Source: Eledone cirrhosa (Eukaryota). Taken from it: a stretch of DNA of 64,000 bases. Below the pieces are notes generated by a model. It was not told the DNA's origin and did no database searches. It saw only the letters and a list, made by a program, of their open reading frames with translations. Of the stretch, positions 55,701 to 64,000 are shown one piece after another. Within the stretch, counting starts at the first letter, position 1. Each line of letters begins with the position of its first letter. The stretch is taken from assembly GCA_964016885.1 (NCBI GenBank), contig OZ024758.1:7316001-7380000 (forward strand), written 5' to 3'. The position numbers were made by a program, and so were the translations under genes.

Positions 55701-58700
55701 ACCTTATGTTGAGTTGAGTCTGCCTTATGTTGAGTTGAGTCAGCATTATGTTGAATTGATTCTACCTTATGTTGAGTTGAGTCTGCCTTATATTGAGTTG
55801 AGTCAGCATTATGTTGAATTGATTCTACCTTATGTTGAGTTGAGTCAGCATTATGTTGAGTTGAGTCTGCCTTATGTTGAGTTGAGTCAGCATTATGTTG
55901 AATTGATTCTACCTTATGTTGAGTTGAGTCAGCATTATGTTGAATTGATTCTACCTTATGTTGAGTTGAGTCAGCATTATGTTGAGTTGAGTCTGCCTTA
56001 TGTTGAGTTGAGTCAGCATTATGTTGAATTGATTCTACCTTATGTTGAGTTGAGTCAGCATTATGTTGAGTTGAGTCTACCTTATGTTGAGTTGAGTCAG
56101 CATTATGTTGAGTTGAGTCTGCCTTATGTTGAGTTGAGTCAGCATTATGTTGAATTGATTCTACCTTATGTTGAGTTGAGTCAGCATTATGTTGAGTTGA
56201 GTCTGCCTTATGTTGAGTTGAGTCAGCATTATGTTGAATTGATTCTACCTTATGTTGAGTTGAGTCAGCATTATGTTGAATTGATTCTACCTTATGTTGA
56301 GTTGAGTCAGCATTATGTTGAGTTGAGTCTGCCTTATGTTGAGTTGAGTCAGCATTATGTTGAATTGATTCTACCTTATGTTGAGTTGAGTCAGCATTAT
56401 GTTGAGTTGAGTCAGCATTATGTTGAATTGATTCTACCTTATGTTGAGTTGAGTCAGCATTATGTTGAATTGATTCTACCTTATGTTGAGTTGAGTCAGC
56501 ATTATGTTGAATTGATTCTACCTTATGTTGAGTTGAGTCAGCATTATGTTGAATTGATTCTACCTTATGTTCAGTTGAGTCTGCCTTATGTTGAGTTGAG
56601 TCAGCATTATGTTGAATTGATTCTACCTTATGTTGAGTTGAGTCTGCCTTATGTTGAGTTGAGTCAGCATTATGTTGAATTGATTCTACCTTATGTTGAG
56701 TTGAGTCTGCCTTATGTTGAGTTGAGTCAGCATTATGTTGAATTGATTCTACCTTATGTTGAGTTGAGTCAGCATTATGTTGAGTTGAGTCTGCCTTATG
56801 TTGAGTTGAGTCAGCATTATGTTGAATTGATTCTACCTTATGTTGAATTGAGTCTGCCTTATGTTGAGTTGAGTCAGCATTATGTTGAATTGATTCTACC
56901 TTATGTTGAGTTGAGTCTGCCTTATGTTGAGGTTGAGTTGAGTCAGCATTATGTTGAATTGATTCTACCTTATGTTGAGTTGAGTCAGCATTATGTTGAG
57001 TTGAGTCTGCCTTATGTTGAGTTGAGTCAGCATTATGTTGAATTGATTCTACCTTATGTTGAGTTGAGTCTGCCTTATGTTGAATTGAGTCAGCATTATG
57101 TTGAATTGATTCTACCTTATGTTGAGTTAAGTCAGCATTATGTTGAGTTGAGTCTACCTTATGTTGAGTTGAGTCAGCATTATGTTGAGTTGAGTCTGCC
57201 TTATGTTGAGTTGAGTCAGCATTATGTTGAATTGATTCTACCTTATGTTGAGTTGAGTCAGCATTATGTTGAGTTGAGTCTGCCTTATGTTGAGTTGAGT
57301 CAGCATTATGTTGAATTGATTCTACCTTATGTTGAGTTGAGTCAGCATTATGTTGAATTGATTCTACCTTATGTTGAGTTGAGTCAGCATTATGTTGAGT
57401 TGAGTCTGCCTTATGTTGAGTTGAGTCAGCATTATGTTGAATTGATTCTATCTTATGTTGAGTTGAGTCAGCATTATGTTGAGTTGAGTCAGCATTATGT
57501 TGAATTGATTCTACCTTATGTTGAGTTGAGTCAGCATTATGTTGAATTGATTCTACCTTATGTTGAGTTGTGTCAGCATTATGTTGAATTGATTCTACCT
57601 TATGTTCAGTTGAGTCTGCCTTATGTTGAGTTGAGTCAGCATTATGTTGAATTGATTCTACCTTATGTTGAGTTGAGTCTGCCTTATGTTGAGTTGAGTC
57701 AGCATTATGTTGAATTGATTCTACCTTATGTTGAGTTGAGTCTGCCTTATGTTGAGGTTGAGTTGAGTCAGCATTATGTTGAATTCATTCTACCTTATGT
57801 TGAGTTGAGTCAGCATTATATTGAGTTGATTCTACCTTATGTTGAGTTGAGTCAGCATTATGTTGAGTTGAGTCAGCATTATGTTGAGTTGAGTCTGCCT
57901 TATGTTGAGTTGAGTCAGCATTATGTTGAATTGATTCTACCTTATGTTGAGTTGAGTCTGCCTTATGTTGAGTTGATTCAGCATTATGTTGAATTGATTC
58001 TACCTTATGTTGAGTTGAGTCTGCCTTATGTTGAGTTGAGTCAGCATTATGTTGAATTGATTCTACCTTATGTTGAGTTGAGTCAGCATTATGTTGAGTT
58101 GAGTCTGCCTTATGTTGAGTTGAGTCAGCATTATGTTGAATTGATTCTACCTTATGTTGAGTTGAGTCTGCCTTATGTTGAGTTGAGTCAGCATTATGTT
58201 GAATTGATTCTACCTTATGTTGAGTTGAGTCTGCCTTATGTTGAGTTGAGTCTGTCTTATGTTGAGTTGAGTCAGCATTATGTTGAATTGATTCTACCTT
58301 ATGTTGAGTTGAGTCAGCATTATGTTGAGTTGATTCTACCTTATGTTGAGTTGAGTCAGCATTATGTTGAGTTGAGTCTGCCTTATGTTGAGTTGAGTCA
58401 GCATTATGTTGAATTGATTCTACCTTATGTTGAGTTGAGTCAGCATTATGTTGAGTTGAGTCTGCCTTATGTTGAGTTGAGTCAGCATTATGTTGAATTG
58501 ATTCTACCTTATGTTGAGTTTAGTCAGCATTATGTTGAACTGATTCTACCTTATGTTGAGTTGAGTCAGCATTATGTTGAGTTGAGTCTGCCTTATGTTG
58601 AGTTGAGTCAGCATTATGTTGAATTGATTCTACCTTATGTTGAGTTGAGTCAGCATTATGTTGAGTTGAGTCAGCATTATGTTGAATTGATTCTACCTTA

Positions 58701-61700
58701 TGTTGAGTTGAGTCAGCATTATGTTGAATTGATTCTACCTTATGTTGAGTTGAGTCAGCATTATGTTGAATTGATTCTACCTTATGTTGAGTTGAGTCAG
58801 CATTATGTTGAATTGATTCTACCTGATGTTCAGTTGAGTCTGCCTTATTTTGAGTTGAGTCAGCATTATGTTGAATTGATTCTACCTTATGTTGAGTTGA
58901 GTCTGCCTTATGTTGAGTTGAGTCAGCATTATGTTGAATTAATTCTACCTTATGTTGAGTTGAGTCTGCCTTATGTTGAGTTGAGTCAGCATTATGTTGA
59001 ATTGATTCTACCTTATGTTGAGTTGAGTCAGCATTATGTTGAGTTGAGTCTGCCTTATGTTGAGTTGAGTCAGCATTATGTTGAATTGATTCTACCTTAT
59101 GTTGAGTTGAGTCTGCCTTATGTTGAGTTGAGTCAGCATTATGTTGAATTGATTCTACCTTATGTTGAGTTGAGTCTGCCTTATGTTGAGGTTGAGTTGA
59201 GTCAGCATTATGTTGAATTGATTCTACCTTATGTTGAGTTGAGTCAGCATTATGTTGAGTTCATTCTACCTTATGTTGAGTTGAGTCAGCATTATGTTGA
59301 GTTGAGTCTGCCTTATGTTGAGTTGAGTCAGCATTATGTTGAAGTGATTCTACCTTATGTTGAGTTGAGTCTGCCTTATGTTGAGTTGAGTCAGCATTAT
59401 GTTGAATTGATTCTACCTTATGTTGAGTTGAGTCTGCCTTATGTTGAGTTGAGTCAGCATTATGTTGAATTGATTCTACCTTATGTTGAGTTGAGTCGGC
59501 ATTATGTTGAGTTGAGTCAGCATTATGTTGAGTTGAGTCTGCCTTATGTTGAGTTGAGTCAGCATTATGTTGAATTGATTCTACCTTATGTTGAGTTGAG
59601 TCTGCCTTATGTTGAGTTGAGTCAGCATTATGTTGAATTGATTCTACCTTATGTTGAGTTGAGTCTGCCTTATGTTGAGTTGAGTCAGCATTATGTTGAA
59701 TTGATTCTACCTTATGTTGAGTTGAGTCTGCCTTATGTTGAGTTGAGTCAGCATTATGTTGAATTGATTCTACCTTATGTTGAGTTGAGTCAGCATTATG
59801 TTGAGTTGATTCTACCTTATGTTGAGTTGAGTCAGCATTATGTTGAGTTGAGTCTGCCTTATGTTGAGTTGAGTCAGCATTATGTTGAATTGATTCTACC
59901 TTATGTTGAGTTGAGTCAGCATTATGTTGAATTCATTCTACCTTATGTTGAGTTGAGTCTGCCTTATGTTGAGTTGAGTCAGCATTATGTTGAATTGATT
60001 CTACCTTATGTTGAGTTGAGTCTGCCTTATGTTGAGTTGAGTCAGCATTATGTTGAATTGATTCTACCTTATGTTGAGTTGAGTCAGCATTATGTTGAGT
60101 TGAGTCTGCCTTATGTTGAGTTGAGTCAGCATTATGTTGAGTTGAGTCAGCATTATGTTGAATTGATTCTACCTTATGTTGAGTTGAGTCTGCCTTATGT
60201 TGAGTTGAGTCAGCATTATGTTGAATTGATTCTACCTTATGTTGAGTTGAGTCAGCATTATGTTGAGTTGATTCTACCTTATGTTGAGTTGAGTCAGCAT
60301 TATGTTGAGTTGAGTCTGCCTTATGTTGAGTTGAGTCAGCATTATGTTGAATTGATTCTACCTTATGTTGAGTTGAGTCTGCCTTATGTTGAGTTGAGTC
60401 AGCATTATGTTGAATTGATTCTACCTTATGTTGAGTTGAGTCTGCCTTATGTTGAGTTGAGTCAGCATTATGTTGAATTGATTCTACCTTATGTTGAGTT
60501 GAGTCAGCATTATGTTGAGTTGAGTCTGCCTTATGTTGAGTTGAGTCAGCATTATGTTGAATTGATTCTACCTTATGTTGAGTTGAGTCAGCATTATGTT
60601 GAGTTGATTCTACCTTATGTTGAGTTGAGTCAGCATTATGTTGAGTTGAGTCTGCCTTATGTTGAGTTGAGTCAGCATTATGTTGAATTGATTCTACCTT
60701 ATGTTGAGTTGAGTCTGCCTTATGTTGAGTTGAGTCAGCATTATGTTGAATTGATTCTACCTTATGTTGAGTTGAGTCAGCATTATGTTGAGTTGATTCT
60801 ACCTTATGTTGAGTTGAGTCAGCATTATGTTGAGTTGAGTCTGCCTTATGTTGAGTTGAGTCAGCATTATGTTGAATTGATTCTACCTTATGTTGAGTTG
60901 AGTCACCATTATGTTGAGTTGAGTCTGCCTTATGTTGAGTTGAGTCAGCATTATGTTGAATTGATTCTACCTTATGTTGAGTTGAGTCAGCATTATGTTG
61001 AATTGATTCTACCTTATGTTGAGTTGAGTCAGCATTATGTTGAGTTGAGTCTGCCTTATGTTGAGTTGAGTCAGCATTATGTTGAATTGATTCTACCTTA
61101 TGTTGAGTTGAGTCAGCATTATGTTGAGTTGAGTCAGCATTATGTTGAATTGATTCTACCTTATGTTGAGTTGAGTCAGCATTATGTTGAATTGATTCTA
61201 CCTTATGTTGAGTTGAGTCAGCATTATGTTGAATTGATTCTACCTTATGTTGAGTTGAGTCAGCATTATGTTGAATTGATTCTACCTTATGTTCAGTTGA
61301 GTCTGCCTTATTTTGAGTTGAGTCAGCATTATGTTGAATTGATTCTACCTCATGTTGAGTTGAGTCTGCCTTATGTTGAGTTGAGTCAGCATTATGTTGA
61401 ATTGATTCTACCTTATGTTGAGTTGAGTCTGCCTTATGTTGAGTTGAGTCAGCATTATGTTGAATTGATTCTACCTTATGTTGAGTTGAGTCAGCATTAT
61501 GTTGAGTTGATTCTACCTTATGTTGAGTTGAGTCAGCATTATGTTGAGTTGAGTCTGCCTTATGTTGAGTTGAGTCAGCATTATGTTGAAGTGATTCTAC
61601 CTTATGTTGAGTTGAGTCTGCCTTATGTTGAGTTGAGTCAGCATTATGTTGAATTGATTCTACCTTATGTTGAGTTGAGTCTGCCTTATGTTGAGTTGAG

Positions 61701-64000
61701 TCAGCATTATGTTGAATTGATTCTACCTTATGTTGAGTTGAGTCAGCATTATGTTGAGTTGAGTCAGCATTATGTTGAGTTGAGTCTGCCTTATGTTGAG
61801 TTGAGTCAGCATTATGTTGAATTGATTCTACCTTATGTTGAGTTGAGTCTACCTTATGTTGAGTTGAGTCAGCATTATGTTGAATTGATTCTACCTTATG
61901 TTGAGTTGAGTCTGCCTTATGTTGAGTTGAGTCAGCATTATGTTGAATTGATTCTACCTTATGTTGAGTTGAGTCAGCATTATGTTGAGTTGATTCTACC
62001 TTATGTTGAGTTGAGTCAGCATTATGTTGAGTTGAGTCTGCCTTATGTTGAGTTGAGTCAGCATTATGTTGAATTGAGTCTGCCTTATGTTGAGTTGAGT
62101 CAGCATTATGTTGAATTGATTCTACCTTATGTTGAGTTGAGTCTGCCTTATGTTGAGTTGAGTCAGCATTATGTTGAATTGATTCTACCTTATGTTGAGT
62201 TGAGTCTGCCTTATGTTGAGTTGATTCAGCATTATGTTGAATTGATTCTACCTTATGTTGAGTTGAGTCTGCCTTATGTTGAGTTGAGTCAGCATTATGT
62301 TGAATTGATTCTACCTTATGTTGAGTTGAGTCAGCATTATGTTGAGTTGAGTCTGCCTTATGTTGAGTTGATTCTACCTTATGTTGAGTTGAGTCAGCAT
62401 TATGTTGAGTTGAGTCTGCCTTATGTTGAGTTGAGTCAGCATTATGTTGAATTGATTCTACCTTATGTTGAGTTTAGTCAGCATTATGTTGAACTGATTC
62501 TACCTTATGTTGAGTTGAGTCAGCATTATGTTGAGTTGAGTCTGCCTTATGTTGAGTTGAGTCAGCATTATGTTGAGTTGAGTCAGCATTATGTTGAATT
62601 GATTCTACCTTATGTTGAGTTGAGTCAGCATTATGTTGAATTGATTCTACCTTATGTTGAGTTGAGTCAGCATTATGTTGAATTGATTCTACCTTATGTT
62701 GAGTTGAGTCAGCATTATGTTGAATTGATTCTACCTTATGTTGAGTTGAGTCTGCCTTATGTTGAGTTGAGTCAGCATTATGTTGAATTGATTCTACCTT
62801 ATGTTGAGTTGAGTCTGCCTTATGTTGAGTTGAGTCAGCATTATGTTGAATTGATTCTACCTTATGTTGAGTTGAGTCAGCATTATGTTGAGTTGAGTCT
62901 GCCTTATGTTGAGTTGAGTCAGCATTATGTTGAATTGATTCTACCTTATGTTGAGTTGAGTCAGCATTATGTTGAGTTGATTCTACCTTATGTTGAGTTG
63001 AGTCAGCATTATGTTGAGTTGAGTCTGCCTTATGTTGAGTTGAGTCAGCATTATGTTGAATTGATTCTACCTTATGTTGAGTTGAGTCTGCCTTATGTTG
63101 AGTTGAGTCAGCATTATGTTGAATTGATTCTACCTTATGTTGAGTTGAGTCTGCCTTATGTTGAGTTGAGTCAGCATTATGGTGAATTGATTCTACCTTA
63201 TGTTGAGTTGAGTCAGCATTATGTTGAGTTGATTCTACCTTATGTTGAGTTGAGTCAGCATTATGTTGAGTTGAGTCTGCCTTATGTTGACTTGAGTCAG
63301 CATTATGTTGAATTGATTCTACCTTATGTTGAGTTGAGTCAGCATTATGTTGAGTTGAGTCTGCCTTATGTTGAGTTGAGTCAGCATTATGTTGAATTGA
63401 TTCTACCTTATGTTGAGTTGAGTCAGCATTATGTTGAATTGATTCTACCTTATGTTGAGTTGAGTCAGCATTATGTTGAGTTGAGTTTGCCTTATGTTGA
63501 GTTGAGTCAGCATTATGTTGAATTGATTCTACCTTATGTTGAGTTGAGTCAGCATTATGTTGAGTTGAGTCAGCATTATGTTGAATTGATTCTACCTTAT
63601 GTTGAGTTGAGTCAGCATTATGTTGAATTGATTCTACCTTATGTTGAGTTGAGTCAGCATTATGTTGAATTGATTCTACCTTATGTTGAGTTGAGTCAGC
63701 ATTATGTTGAATTGATTCTACCTTATGTTCAGTTGAGTCTGCCTTATTTTGAGTTGAGTCAGCATTATATTGAATTGATTCTACCTTATGTTGAGTTGAG
63801 TCTGCCTTATGTTGAGTTGAGTCAGCATTATGTTGAATTGATTCTACCTTATGTTGAGTTGAGTCTGCCTTATGTTGAGTTGAGTCAGCATTATGTTGAA
63901 TTGATTCTACCTTATGTTGAGTTGAGTCAGCATTATGTTGAGTTGAGTCTGCCTTATGTTGAGTTGAGACAGCATTATGTTGAATTGAGTCTGCCTTATG
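49760..64000. repeat. 21-bp satellite array (~680 monomers, runs off the window) with three main variants and higher-order structure
   Basis: A=TATGTTGAGTTGAGTCAGCAT, B=TATGTTGAATTGATTCTACCT, C=TATGTTGAGTTGAGTCTGCCT. Rare variants recur at 525- and 2106-bp spacing. Confidence 0.98.

Overview
AT-rich, microsatellite-saturated eukaryotic DNA with no host protein-coding gene that I can support. The dominant tRNA-derived SINE looks like the octopod (cephalopod) type; the taxon is my inference. Bases 1-49.7 kb are a mosaic of about 18 copies of one SINE, 4 full and 3 partial copies of a young ~610-bp RTE-derived non-autonomous element, decayed LINE fragments (RTE, Tx1/L1, R4/Dong), Tigger- and mariner-type MITEs, minisatellites, and several fold-back elements embedded in (TA)n tracts. 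Many of the fold-backs carry type I hammerhead-ribozyme cores or remnants of the Penelope-like kind. From ~49760 to the window end lies a >14-kb array of 21-bp monomers with three variants, a strict ordering rule, nested higher-order duplications, an almost uninterrupted + strand reading frame, and a TGAGTCAGCA (AP-1/CNC-sMaf-like) motif in about every second monomer. Nearly all ORFs in the track are microsatellite or repeat artefacts.
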